Shown here: positions 23,850-37,888 of the stretch, one piece after another
How the letters are laid out: each line of letters opens with the position of its first letter
Numbering within the stretch: position 1 is the stretch's first letter
Assembly (NCBI GenBank): GCA_043228905.1
Contig: JBHGNT010000030.1
Location: 62,001 to 126,000 of the forward strand
DNA length: 64,000 bases
Direction of reading: 5' to 3'
From: Azolla caroliniana
Taxonomy: Eukaryota; Plantae; Polypodiophyta
The notes under the pieces: model-generated
The model's input: only the letters and a program-made list of their open reading frames with translations
Databases searched by the model: none
What the model was told of the DNA's origin: nothing
Program-made: the position numbers and the translations under genes

Positions 23850-25399
23850 GTGTGTGAAAAAGGAAGATTTGCATCGAACAGACTTTTGCTCGCTTGTTCT
23901 TAAATGTCGATTTTATGGCATTTCGCTGGTAAAGTCCTTAAACGTCAAGAATCGGTACTCGTTTCCAAATATGTGTTAAGTGAAAACGTTGCCTTTTGGT
24001 TTGGTCCCATAGGTCACATTTAGTATCCGAACTGAGTAAAAATTTCTCTTTATCGTGAAGAATAACGTATTAATTATGGAATATAGACTACCATGCTGAC
24101 AAAGCATCAAAAATTATGACCATGATAACGTCATTCTACCTAACCAGTTATGTGATCAAGGGGCCAATACAAATGATAGGTATGGTGACTAACCAAGTTA
24201 CACAATCAATACTCCTCTTCATCCAATCAATAAATTTGCCAAAGCAACCATGCTTTCAACCGTCAAATGTGATTATAGATTCCGAATTGCCCACCAAACA
24301 CAAGCGCGTTCCTTGTACACTAGTTATGCCATTGCTCCCAAAGCCTCCAATAATCAAACACAACATAGCAATGAGGTGGTAATACTCTTGATTCTTGAAC
24401 CCACTTTTGCAATGACTCGTTCACAATATCTTTCGATAACACATATATATATAAAAACCTCACTACTTATTATAAAATTTTACATATGTGTTTCAATTTA
24501 TCACAATAAAACTCAATGCAAACTATGTTCTACTAGAATTGTGCGAAAGAAACACATCCCACATGCAATGCAAGCTTGTCCTTCTCGAAGCATCTCCAAT
24601 AGATAAGCCACCATATAAATACCTTCACTTTAAAACGAAGACAAGAGTGTCACCTTCTTTCGACCACGTCCTGCCACCATAAATCAAGCCTTTGAAAATC
24701 CCATACTTTTGACACTCTACTCATAATCGTTGCATCCTTGTTAACGATGTTATGATAGGCATCATCAATCCTTATATTGAAACATCCTTTTGCCTCCTTC
24801 CAATGCCTAGACATCTTCGAATGAAGATTCCAACAAGCTTGGATTTGGGCATCATAAAATCAGCATTTTATCATAACTTATCCCAAACACTTTGATAACT
24901 TCATTTCACCTCATCCTTATCATCTAGAAAGCCATCAATCTACTATGAACCCCCAACATGACCTCTTGTGCTCTAACTAAACCTAACCTAGCCATCTTGT
25001 TGAGCTTTACACTTGAAGAATGCTTAGCCTTTCATGCCAACATTCTTGATGTTGCCTTAATATTTCGAAGAATTGGCACATTGCCTCTCAGAATGGAGAT
25101 CTTGTCAACTACACTCTAAAGAGTTATCCGATGAGCCAAAAATGGTCTAAATTCATAGATCTTGTACATTTAATATGTTCATAAGAGTTATTTACTTTCC
25201 ATCAATAAGTAATAAAACATTCTCAATATAGAACTATACCATTTCTATCCAGGACAAGCATTCACAAACATAACTATGAATAAATAATGTCTTTGAGTTA
25301 CCACACAGTCATGCAAATTCAACAAAGTGATCCCACCAATTCACTTCCGGGGTACTATGTATATGATCCCACACTAGTTCGGGTATTCCCACTTTCTCC

Positions 25400-26220
25400 T
25401 TCCCTTTCCATAGCATGCACCACATTGCCATTGAGACCATATCAATGACCTTTAATGACCATGGAATGAAGGTAAATAATAATAAACCATCATAATCATT
25501 ATCTATTGAATTGCTTTCATATCGTCATGATAATGGCAAAATTGTGATTTCCAACACATGAACTTATCCTAAATCCTGGTACAAATATAATCTTAATGTT
25601 TGACATTAGTCCAATCGACCTTATAAGGTAACTAAGATGACAACAAATCATACCTTTATCTTAATCGGGCAGTAACCATCCAATCTCCTCTAAATTCTTC
25701 TTTGCACATTAAATAAGAAGAGGTTTCCTTATATTTATTTTTGACCATGAAGCAATAGCAAATAGATGCCATACTTTCATAGCTTTCCCAACATTATCAT
25801 AATGTGACCCTAAAGACGCAATGTAATCATTCCCTAATGCTTGAACACGATGAGAATTTCCCGATGTAAACCAAGTCCTTTTAATACTCCGCCTTACAAT
25901 GACCTATGAAAATGTATTAAAACAATAATGAAAAATGACAAAGAATTGAAACAATATCCTTGATCAACAAATTTATGAATAAGAAGTGAATATGCGACTC
26001 CACAATTAAGCATAACATGTGAAACAACAACCTCTCCCAATATATATGTATACATATATAACATGGACATATATATGCCAATTCCCATACGAGACATCAA
26101 TTCGCTTAGAAAATACCAATCCACATTATCATAAGCTTTCTCAAGTCTATCTTTAACTTGACTAACTCTTGTTTAGATTCCTTAACTTAATCCAGAGTTA
26201 TTCATACATTTAAAATACTG
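25400..26220 (-). mobile_element. Decayed L1-type LINE reverse transcriptase relic
   Basis: Minus strand reads KQELVKLKIDL/EKAYDNVDWYFL (RT motif D.EKAYD.V.W.FL) with frameshifts and stops; boundaries approximate. Confidence 0.65.
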
Positions 26221-27220
26221 TGCAAAATAACTATTTTTGCAACGAAACCATATTGACTTTTTTGCACATTCATGGGTAATATCTTTTGTGATATATTGAC
26301 AAATAACCATTGTGAATATCATATACACTCCTCCCATTAGAGAATTTGGTATTCAATGAGTAAAAGATGACACAAAGGGAATAGTAACGACTTGATCAAA
26401 TTGATGTTCCAAGAGGGTGGCATAATTCCCAAACGCCAAACCTATTGAAATAAATAAGCAAGTGGACCCCTTAAATTCATATATTCCCATCATGAACTTT
26501 TATCAATCAACAAATGCAAAATCTCCCTCTCCCTCCCTCCCTCCCTCTCTCTACATCTCTCCAAACAACCTTATGAATTGAATTTTGCTTTCAATTTTTC
26601 ATTAAAGTCATATATATATTAAAACATGCCAATGCAAAAAACACTTGATGTCCCTACAATAGTGATGATATATGGCAATTCTAAGTGATGTAAGACTAAC
26701 TAACATAAAGGCAACTCAATTTTCTTTTTATCTTATGTACATGTTGTTATACTCCATGGGAACCATAAGCAAGCCCCATTTCTCGTACTCCACTTGTATC
26801 ATAGACCCCAATATGTACCCAAGGCAAACAAATACCATCATGATCCATTTTCTTTCTAGATAAAAACTATTGTATCAGATTGAAGAACCATTAGGTGAAT
26901 ATGTAATGCAAGAAACATTGACACCACCAATCAAGTTCCATTTTCAAACTACTTATGATAATATCATTTCTATGCATAGAGAGCATAGTTCTTTTGCTAC
27001 CTAATAACAAACCTTTCCACAAATTGGTTGCCACCAATTTCCAAAGGATATGCAAAGCATTGATTGATCACTAAACATGGTCATATCCAAAAGTTATACA
27101 AAACCTAAATTTCATGTTTTTGAATGCCATTATATGAATGTGTGGCATTACAATAATGTTTCTAACAATTGTCAAAGCAAAATAATGGTCACCAAACATG
27201 GTTATATCTAAAAGTTGTAT

Positions 27221-27680
27221 TGTTGCGAGCATAACCATAACCATAGTTGTGTGCTAATTTGTAAGAATGAAGGGTGAGGATTGAGTTATCTCAATCTTAC
27301 GACGAGAGAAAAGTTTAGATTGTTTCATCACTTGGCTATTTTTCATAAAAAAAAACAACCAAGTGAGAAACACACACAAGGGACTAGGGTTTACGCCTAT
27401 ATAAGAAGGCTAGCTACCTTCATGAAGGGGAGATATCTCTTTTCTTTATTGTTTTGAGATAGAGATTCTAATAGTGTGGCAAAGCTCTAGCTTCTTGCAC
27501 ATATACCTCCTTCTTCTTTAAACACAAGGTACAATCCATGTCTGTACACAATGGTATGGGACACTAGCAGGGAACTTGGATTTGTCTCTCACCTTCACTA
27601 AGGGGTGGTTGGGTGGATTGAAACCTTTTGTTCATTATTTTCCTATATAATTTTGCTTAACGTTAATTAAGATTTGAACA
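27221..27680. mobile_element. Solo LTR (460 bp)
   Basis: TGTT...AACA termini, 5-bp TSD TGTAT/TGTAC; it interrupts the second copy of a ~120-bp duplication whose first copy (27073-27180) shows the empty site. Confidence 0.75.
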
Positions 27681-27851
27681 TGTACAAAACCTAATTTTTA
27701 TAGTTTTGAATGCCATATTATGCATTTGTGGCATTACAATAACATTTTTTACAATTACCAAACCAAGCGTTACCAAATAATTGAATTCAAACTAGCACCT
27801 TTTTTCCTATATCTTTCTCTCAATGAAAACACACAATTATATTAATAAACA

Positions 27852-28155
27852 GGGAAAAGTACCAGGATACCCCTGGAAGTTCGTCTATTTACCAGAATGC
27901 CCCTGAAAGTTCCAAATTTACCAAACTACCCCTGTCCAAAAAAGTACACTTTATAAAGTAATTATACACTCAAATCTACAAGCCCTATTTACCAAAGATG
28001 GAAGAAATGGACCCGAACTAGCCCTATTTATTTGAGTGTGTAATAACTTTATAAAGTGTAATTTTTTGGACATAGGGGTAGTTTGGTAAATTTGGAACTT
28101 CCACGGGCATTTTGGTAAATAGATGAACTTCCAGGGCTATCCTGGTACTTTTCCC
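27852..28155. mobile_element. Mutator-type MITE (304 bp)
   Basis: About 125-bp terminal inverted repeats GGGAAAAGTACCAGGATA.../...TATCCTGGTACTTTTCCC; 9-bp TSD TAATAAACA (27843-27851) / TAATAAATA (28156-28164). Confidence 0.9.
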
Positions 28156-29139
28156 TAATAAATATTTGTCAAAGACACTATAATGGCACCATAACATAGT
28201 CGTGTTAAATCGATAATAGGCAAAACAAAAACTCCATAGAGCAAAGAATTTCAACTTGCTCCAACACATCAATAGTCCTTTCAACTTTCATAGATGTATC
28301 ATGTACTCTAACCCTATGTCTATCATCAAATACAAAAACATTGCAAATATCCCAATTAGGATGCAAATATCTCAAAAAAGGAAAACTATCTCAATCTTTG
28401 ATATCAGAATGAGCTATATAAATTGTGTGAATACCCATGGACTTAACATCCAATAATAACATGACAAAACTTGCCACATCTGAAAATTTAACGCCATATA
28501 TGACGAGCAATAAGATATTATAAGAAATAATGAGTATTATGTCCCACTTGGACAATGCAAAAAGACACAATTGTACGTTGTAGTCCATGTCTCCTCAACA
28601 AATTCTCTTAAAATGAAGACCTTTGTTACAAGTGGAAATTTAGAATGGCAACAATGTTTCAAGATTTGTTGCCATTCATAATCAAATTACTCTTTGTTTA
28701 GGCATAGATGATAACCATAAAATAGACTCAATGAATCAATGGTGCAAGAAATTAGTTGTCACTTGTTGTTAGGTTTGTATGGGCAAAGGACCTTGAATCA
28801 AAGTTATATTATATAGTTGTTGCAAAATAAATTCGTAATTGGGTAGTATGCGTATTAATCATCTTGCTTCAAGAAAATAAAAAATTACTTGAGATCAGGC
28901 ATCAAGACATCCCTCTTTGATCCCCAGACAAAACAAGTGATTATACTGAAAGCACAAGCTCTCCTTTCTATATTGCAACATATTAATCGAGAAGACACGA
29001 GTAACTTCGTTTGCATGGAATTACAATGCTTTTTACTAGATGATTATATAAGTCCACTATTGCAATCTAATTCTAGTCACAATTTTTTCAAGAAATTAAG
29101 CATTATATGAAATGATGACCTCTCTCTCTCTCTCTCTAA

Positions 29140-31117
29140 GATATGTTGTGTGCATATGAGCAATCGACTTTCAGATTTTTGCAATATCACTTTTGCTGTT
29201 ACACAAGGATGCCCACTCTCACCCACTCTATTTGGTCTACGCATTGATGAATGGGAAGAAATGGTTGCCAAGTTTGTAAAGGAAGAAGCATTGAAGAAGT
29301 TTTGATTGGGAATGATTATGCTTTTGTTATATGCAGATGATGTTCTGATTTTTGCAAATACTTTAGGAAATGCACAATAGCTTATGAAGGCATTGGAAAA
29401 TTATTGCATGCATACTAATTTGAGTGTAAACAGCTCTAAAACAAAGATTATGCTTGTGAAGAGCTAAAAAAAAGACAAATGATGCATTATGTACAATAAT
29501 GAGCCACTTGAATGTGTGGAAAGCATCAAGTTTGTAAAGGAAGAAGTTGTGATTAAGAATGCAGTCATTATGCTTTTGCTATATGTAGATGATGTCGTGA
29601 TTTTTGCAAATACTTTAGGAGATGCACAAAAGCTTATGAAGGCATTGGAAAAAATTTGCATGCATACTAAATTGAGTGTAAACAGCTCTAAAACAAAGAT
29701 TATGCTTGTGAAGAGCTAAAAAAAAGATAAACGATGCATTATGTACAATAATGAGCCACTTGAATGTGTGGAAAGCATCAAATTATCTTGGACTTGGAGT
29801 TCCTTCAAATCATAGATGGAATGAAAGTGTTACACTCCATGTAGAGGCAGGAAAGAGAACATATTATGCATTTGAGAAGACATGCAATCATGGAAGCATT
29901 AAGTGTTGGGCCCTTGAGAAATACCTTTTCAAGACTTTGGTGACATCGACGCTTCTATAAGGGGTGGAAGTATGGGTTGATAACATGTTTGCATCTACTT
30001 GGAAAGAGTTTGAAAATGTCCAAAAATATTTTCTTACAAAGTTTCTACAAGTTAAGAAACTAATGCCATGAGAAGAGAGTGGAGGATTTCTATGTTGAAT
30101 TTGGGTTGTATGAGGCTCACGTGGAGGGTATGTAGTCGAGTAATGCTATGCTCATTGAATAATGTGGTGTTTTGGAGTTTTTTTGTTGTTTTCTTTACTC
30201 ATGTTGTTTTCTTTTCAACATGCAAGTTGGCCTGTAAGATATGAGTTGTATATTATCCTATGTACATTGCCTTAACTAATGGAAGTAGTTTTTTTTTTGG
30301 AAAAAAAAAGAAAAAGAAACAAATGCCATACGCTCTCCACCTCCTTAAGACAGGATCACTTCCATTGAGATTATGGCCATGGAAGGTTTGTTGAATATAT
30401 GCTTAAGGTTCAAAAAAGTCCCTCACATCAACTTCCTATAATTGCTTGGGAAGCAAGCAAAATAATCCAGAAGACACATAAAAACAACATTTGATGTTCC
30501 AATTGGATGTAAGATAAGGAAATGGTTTGGTAGATGGGTTGTAACATACTTGCTTCATGATGCATCACTAGATTCCTCTATAAATGAGGCCTTTTTTCAA
30601 CACCACTGTATCATGACATGGGACAAATGTGGAGGGTCACGCTTCACACATTATACTATTAACTACAAAACCATATTCTTTATGGAATGGGGAAACCGTA
30701 CACAATGATACATGTTAGATCCCATCCTGTTGTATGACATTCAAACCATTGCTTCCATGCGACTTAGCTCACATGCATTGCGTTGTGAGATGGGGCGTTG
30801 GGGCACAAGTGATGAGAGTGGTCGACTATGCACACTTTGCCCTAAACAAGTTCGAGAGTTTGAGTATCACACTTTGATACAATGCTCTGCCTTTGATCAT
30901 ATTTGACCATGCTTTCCATACATATTCAAACACGCCCAATCCTTGCACGAATTTCTCTCACAACCACAATGTGCAATCTCGATTGTAAGATTCATTGGTA
31001 AAGTTCTTGAACATTGACAACCGCTACTCACTTTCACACGTATCCTGTGAAATGTAATATTTTTGGTCACATAGGTCATATTTGACATGTGAAGATGATA
31101 TTAGAATCTATCTATCT
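29140..31117 (+). mobile_element. 5'-truncated, decayed RTE/RTEX-like LINE with an internal 258-bp duplication
   Basis: QGCPLSPTLFG, LLYADD/LLYVDD (duplicated at 29269 and 29527), C-terminal RLSSHALRCEMGRW...RLCTLC...EYHTLIQC, 3' tail ATCTATCTATCT. Confidence 0.85.
30070..30313 (+). mobile_element. Short non-LTR retroelement insertion (SINE or extreme 5'-truncated LINE) nested in the RTE-like LINE
   Basis: 16-bp TSD AAGAAAC(T/A)AATGCCAT at 30054-30069 and 30314-30329; A-rich tail. Confidence 0.75.
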
Positions 31118-33328
31118 CAAAAAAACACTTATGACAAGGATAACCCTTTGAGGTGTTGTAAGACTAGTTGACATAAATACGACTGATTATACACATTGAG
31201 TGCAAAGTACACATAGAACTTAGTTATGAGAAATACCAAATCAAGTTTCTCATGGTACTGCATAAAGACCACCAAACAAAAAACAATACTCCAAGGTGAT
31301 TAATCATAACCTTATATAATGGAAGTATAAAATTATAGTTCCTTTAATTTTCTAAATCTGATAATCAAGAATTGACATATAAAGTAATTATTGTCAATTT
31401 TAACCATAGTTAGGGGGTATACGAAACCAAGTTCACACATAGCTAAAGGCAACAATCTATCTACGTGGCACAAAAACAACATTTTGCATAATTACCAACC
31501 CAAGCTTTGCCATACAATCTTGAGATGTTATTTTCCCCCCTAGTGGAGGAAATTATCTTATTTGATAAAGCATTAATATATATTTTTTACACTCTAGTGG
31601 TTACTACTCGAATTGCCAGCTTCATTGCCATTAGAGAACTAAGTGTCGAACCATTATAGATTATGGAAGTTTAAAAACACGTTATTACAAACTTGCAATA
31701 ATCCTCACATTCCCATGGTATCCTTTTCTACAAAATAACATATTATCTCCACTCGAGGTTGAGTTTCTACACATATTTTAAGCGGTAGAATATTTGAGCA
31801 ACCATATGGTCATCCAATTATAGTGGATTTTGCTCCCTTGAGCACTTAAGGTTTAGGGTTTAATCATGTACTAATAAGTTTTGATAGCCCTCCACCATCA
31901 TCTAGCATTTGACCAAACTTTTCTCACGTGGGTTGTGGCCACATTAAAAGTGGTATAGTTAATGAATAATAATATCCTCCCTAAAAATAACATTATGATT
32001 TAGTGAATCAATGACACGTATCACCCTAAATAACATAGTTTCTATTGACAACAATGAAATCCACACTATGTGTTCACTTTCTTCTAGATTCAATCACAAC
32101 GGACTTTCATCACTTTCCTTGAGGCTGTGCGAATGTAGCCTCACTATAGGCAAACACTAAAATTGCTTCCATGTTTATTTTCCGAGAGAAAACTGCTTCC
32201 CATCAATTAGGTGAATCGCAAATACAAAACAAGCTATGTACGCTCTAAGTATCTATATCTACTATACTATTTAAGGTCGTTTTCATATATATATTTGGCT
32301 ATTGTATAACACCTTAGATAAAAAAGGGGGGGCAATCGTTGTCCACATAGCAACAAACGGGTGCATGACAAAACCTATTATTTTCCAACAAGCATCAAGG
32401 CATAGATAGCAAGCTTCTGAACGCAGCTAGACATTGATATCACCAAAGGCAATATGGGTGGCCGGGGTGGGGGTAGAGCAAATGAGACGATTGGAAGCAC
32501 GATTTTGGATGTCCCGACGTGAAGTCCACCAATGGTTTGGTTTCCCAAAGTGAGATAAATTGTGCTCGTGCCAACTCTTAAGACTTTGAATCTCCCTGCC
32601 AGTTTTTGAATTGTGCACACAAGGATACCACTAGATTAGTCCATATAGTTGTGTTGGCATCTATAGTTGTGTGTGTGTTTCCCTTGAGTACCATTTCAGA
32701 CATATGTATTCTAAATGTCCCACATAGTAATTGATGCCACAATTAACCATGCTTCCATGTTTTATATGATGTCATTACTTGCAATGTACACTCGTATTTA
32801 CTGTTAATGTTTAAATTTACTAAACTTTAAGCATTGCTTTCTATTTGTTATCTAACAAACGTATGTTCCGATTGGATGAAACCACTTCATTTTACACCTC
32901 TTCCAATTTTGGTATAAATTTGAACTTGAGTAATTCTACCACTCCCCATCATTTACACATCTTGCACTATAGATGCGCATCTTTGGTATATTTCATTAAC
33001 AAAAAATTCACAATTATTTTATTGATTCAAATATATTATCATGATTCATAGATGGTGAAAAGGCAATGTAATCTCACGAGGTAGAAACCCAAAATGGTTT
33101 CGTAAAGAACATCATTAAAGAGCCAACAAGATGTTAGACAACTTGATTGTGGAGTTACACTTAATTTTGTTTGCTTTAGTTAACAACTCTAGAACACAAA
33201 TATAAACATCCAAGCCAAAAGTTTCATCAATTGTCCAACATTCATCATCAAGTGAATTTACCTTGACTTGTGATACACAATTGAGAGGAGTTATCGTAGT
33301 GGAAAATGTCATTTGCCGAGTTAAGTTT

Positions 33329-34307
33329 CTTTTTTCTTTTACCCAAAAGAAGCTACTTTCCCATTAGTTAGGATATATTATTACAAAAAGACTATACAAG
33401 GTGGCTTATACATAAATCGAGGAATCACCCTCTGACCGAGTTCAAGAATATGAGACTACATGTCCTTTCAAACTGACTACTTAATGTACGCAAGTACCTA
33501 TAACTATAAATTAGTGCCATGTATCATCGGCTAGCACAAGTCGGATGCTATGGCCTACAACAAAGGGAGGGTGGGAGGTGAGTAGGAAATAGCCAACATG
33601 GGGGCTGATAATTCCACCATGGGCCGTTTCCTCCTCGTGTCACCATCGACATTTTCCGCCATTTCTATTAGAAACGCAAACGGGTAGTGACCACGTCGTT
33701 GGAGTGGTCGCAAACCTTGTCCAATTCCCCTCGTAGGCAATTGATAATCGTGAACCATATATCCACGATCAATTCCTCTAGGGGGCGTACTAGATCTTGG
33801 AAGACCTTTAGGCTGTGTACATTTCATACATACCATAAAATGAAGCCTATGATCAACATCAAAATCCCCCGGAACTGACGGGATGCGGTCTTCAAGCCTC
33901 TCTCAAATCGGATCTTGACGATTTTACCTCTTGTGCATTCATAGCATCAATTGTCTACATTGAAGGCGTCCATCCAACTATCAAAGAGATCGATCCAAGC
34001 CATTGCACTCCACAATGTTGTTCCTTCTAGTTCGCGTGCAACTAGGAGGCGAGTCACTCTATCCCATACCCTCTGTCTTCTCAAGCACGTGGAGACGCTA
34101 GAGATCCTTCCAAAATGTACTGAGCACCTCGTCAGGGATGCCCAATGTCCGCCATCCATTGCGTAGGGCCCGTCCAACTACAATTGTATAGCCGGACCCA
34201 ATTTAGTACTGCAATAAGAGAAGTGGCGCAGTTTACCATCGTCTTTCCACCTGAAATCCCTTGGGTCCCATTCTAGTTCCGCGAGGGGTCGACAATTGTA
34301 AATAGTA
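33329..34307 (-). mobile_element. L1-type LINE 3' fragment
   Basis: Minus strand ELEWDPRDFRWK matches LTWDPGELYWK of the 40.5-43.4 kb ORF2; A-rich tail; probable TSD GAGTTAAG(T/A)TT at 33318 and 34308. Confidence 0.65.
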
Positions 34308-35832
34308 GAGTTAAGATTGAACTCTTACTCATGGAACATCATTATTTATTTCTAAACCCCCATAAAGGCCATGATTAACAAATGTAATATGTGCAATGCA
34401 TAATCAATCTTGACGAAATAAACTTGTATTAATCGTAAAATGCTATTTTGGGAGCAAATGGGATGGAGTGATTAATGGAGAAAATTTAAGCTTCTTTCAC
34501 TTAAAAAAAATCACAAGAAAATATTAAGGGTTTTATGACATGTTAACGAAAATTTTAAAAAATGTTTAAGAACAATTTGAGGGCGAAAGGATAGAGTTAC
34601 ATGATCTTGGATTAGAGCTTTGTCATGCATGACCTCTTTCTTCAACGTATATCCTAGTTAAGGGATGTTTTATTTTTGGACAACATAAACTTGTCATTTG
34701 AATCATTAATGCATGCAAATAATGTTGTCTCTAGGTCTACCGAAGACAGATATTTTCCAAAAGAGTTGGGGATACAATATAGTATGAGGTTGACAAATAT
34801 GTAGACATGTCTATTCACCAGTAAGTGTGGTTTTTTTCTCATATATGTGGCATACGAATCCATAGACACGTGTATACATGAGATGTAAAGCATACAAAAA
34901 GTTTTAGGTATATTGAAAAACAATTAGCAATCAAGAAGAGTGCATGATATTGCGAGGGTGACGTAAAACTTTCATCCTTTTGTCAAATATGTCATGAACG
35001 TATCTATCAATGACTAGAATTGGCCTTACTCTTTCAATGCAAAAATTTCAAGCTTGTTTGTCAAATACGTGGATGCAATAATATATGCATAGAGGTGGGC
35101 TTACTCCTCAATAGCCTCTTGGGTATATTCCAGTCACATTGCTTCATTATAGGTGGTTTCCTTTCTTTTATTTATGAGATCCTTATCCATTATTACCTTT
35201 TATTCAATTCAATATATTCTTGCCTTTTAGGTTCACATTCAATTGGAAAAAACAAATCACATTTGTTTGAAATTGTGAAATATGTCATCTTCAAGAAACA
35301 TATTATTGTTTTTTCAGGTGATATATAGTACATATGTTACGTGCGCTAAAATTTGCCACTTATCTCAGTATTAAAGTTTCAAGACGCATGTAGTATGGTT
35401 GTTTCAGCTTACATGACAAGTATATTTTAGAATGAATGATCTGATGCAATGACACAAGGCCATGAACTCAACGTACTAAAAATGTGTGATTTTCCATGTT
35501 ATGGGCATAGATATTTTAGATTCCTTCATGAACCGACATTCTTCACACGTGGCTAATTTTGCAGGTTAAAGACTTTAAGGTTTACCAACACTTTTCACAT
35601 TCTCTATGATTTTTAATTAGCCCTAAAGTTTAATGGTCAATAATGTGTTCTACTTTATCTTCCAAAAGGTTTTGAAATGCAAAAAAGGTAAATGAGACAT
35701 CTTGTTTAAAATGCAATAATGGATTTGTGCCTTTTCCTTGGCATTATATTTATATTTATGTTTAGTAAGTTTTCACATTCATGGATAAATAAAATGTGAT
35801 GGACTTGCGGAATATATTCCAATCACTAATGG

Positions 35833-37476
35833 TTTTTTTTTTCCAAAAAAGAATATACTCCTTTAGTTAAAATATACACAAAATTCGATCCCTTTCTCGG
35901 GAAGGCCGAGCCAAGATTATCCTATCCTACACAAGAGGTCTTGCTTATTTATCTTACACTTTCACATATGGCTCTAGCCATCCTTTCATGCACATCACCT
36001 ACATTCACTATCCCACATGCCATGTCTTTCACGCCCCTCGTTCATCTAATGGGAGGGGGGAACAACCATTTGGGTACTTCATACTTCCATAGTATATCCA
36101 TTCCATTTGCTGCGGCCATCGGTGTAGTACACCATCGCAACATCATTAGTTCTGCAACATCATTAGTACCATCAATCCGCTCATATTGAGCTCTTAGTGT
36201 AGTTAGTAATGTGTGCCAGATTAGCTTAATCGATTCAGCTGGGGGGCGTTTGTGTGCTTTTTGGCCTATCATCAACCCATCCATATCTCTAATCAATGGG
36301 TTCCATACAATTGGCATGTACATTTGCGCATATGCATCATTTCTCCACCTACATGTGATCATCTTTTTGATTTCTTGCCATGCTTTCATAATTCCAATAA
36401 CACAACGACTCTGCATACTTCCCCAGTATTTGGGTCTCATTTTTGGCACAAAGCCCCAAAATGGGATGCTTGGCCAACGTCCACCTTGTCTCGGCAACCA
36501 CATCTTCCATCTACGTCGCCATATAACTTTCCAAGGTGCCTCAAGAGGTTGTAGGCTCCTGACCACTAGTTTGCCTAGCAAGGCCTTCGTTTGCACCACG
36601 GGATCTATCAATCCCACCCCCCCTTCACTTTTCCTTTTTATAAGCGTGGTCCAAGCAACCTTTGCACAAGACTGTTTTTCCTTCGTGCCCCCCCATAAGA
36701 AATTTCTGATAATCCTTTTTATCAAATTCATTGACTTGGGCATGATTATCTGGCATGCAGCAATATGCCAAATAATGGCCATTAGAATTTGATTTGCAAT
36801 CACAATCTTGCCCGCAAAGGATAGTTATCTTGCATTCCACCATATTAACTTCGCTTTTATTTTGTCCACTAGTAGATTGTAATGTTTTGCTCGATCGATG
36901 TCCATACCAATTTTGAAGCCCAAGTATCTAGTAGCTTCTCCTTTCCTCAACCATCTAAAATTGGGGTCGGGGACCCAATTTAACATGGGCTTATTACTGA
37001 TCCAAATGCCCACAGATTTATTCCAATTTATTTTAGCATCCGATCCCCTACAAAACTCATCAATTGCATTTTGCAATCTGCCCAAGTTGTGTGCATCACC
37101 TTTGACATAGGTCATTGTGTCATCAACATATGCCGTATCAAGCACCATACCTTCATCATCGGTCAAGGTAAGGCCTTGTATTTGCCAAGATCTATTAGCA
37201 ATTTGATAATGCAAAGCTTCTGCTGCAATGATGCATAAGTACAGGGCCAATGGGCATCCTTGGCGTACCGAACGTAGCATCTTAAACTCTTCCCCATATT
37301 TCCAACCATTAGCACCTGGCTGGATGCACCTCTGTAAAAGGCACTCATTCCAAGGATCCATTGTTGTTCAAAGCCTAGGGCTGCCATCACTGCTTCTAGG
37401 AAATCCCATGAAATCCTGTCATAAGCTTTTTCGAAGTCGAGTAGCATTACTGCTAGGTCCACTTCTTGCTCCTCCG
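35833..37476 (-). mobile_element. 5'-truncated L1-type LINE (frameshifted RT, internally deleted C-terminus)
   Basis: LLDFEKAYDRISW, RSVRQGCPL, AYVDD, YLG, IRNFLW, GGVGLID; polyA at 35833-35842; TSD CCAATCACTAAT at 35819 and 37477. Confidence 0.92.
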
Positions 37477-37599
37477 CCAATCACTAATAGATTTATTGGA
37501 CTTCTAGCTCACAACCTCATGGCTATAAATGTATATATAGGCAAAGGTCATTATTGGAAATGATAATTCATCAATTCCACCACTAACATGTGATTTATG

Positions 37600-37888
37600 T
37601 ACATAAATATGTGGATAGAGTTTGTCCATAATCTTAGAGGTTTTTTGGATAACATAAAAGGTAATCCACAACAGGAAGAGTTACAAAGATTGGAGTTTCA
37701 TGCCATATGGGACAAAAGAAAATTTTATAGCCAAAATTTTGACAAGGTGGATTGTTTTTACTCTATACAAAAGTATTTTTTTAAGTCGATAGTTAGGATT
37801 TAACATGGAGTAATTACCTAAACGTACATATTTCATGTACAACCTTAGGGGGCTTCTAAATACTAATGTAGTATCTTCTTTCTTTGGA
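37600..37888 (+). mobile_element. 3' tip of an L1 of the same family as the 40.4-43.4 kb copy
   Basis: WIEFVHNLRGFLDNIKGN...EFHAIWD aligns with WIEIVHNLRGILDGIKGN...EFHAIWD; same TACTAATGTAGTATC end. Confidence 0.85.

Noticed and set aside
23204-23979. ORFs of 156, 67 and 119 aa around the PP4R3 5' end
   Set aside because: They are driven by microsatellites and homopolymers (VTVTVT, poly-P/G/F) and show no recognisable domain.
31780-32200. Faint GPYGA-like motif (ferric reductase/RBOH) on the minus strand
   Set aside because: One short motif with stops and no supporting neighbours.
37861-37880. TGTAGTATCT match to U2 snRNA (also at 40433-40442 on the minus strand)
   Set aside because: Only 10 nt and the flanks do not continue as U2; explained as the L1 3' motif.
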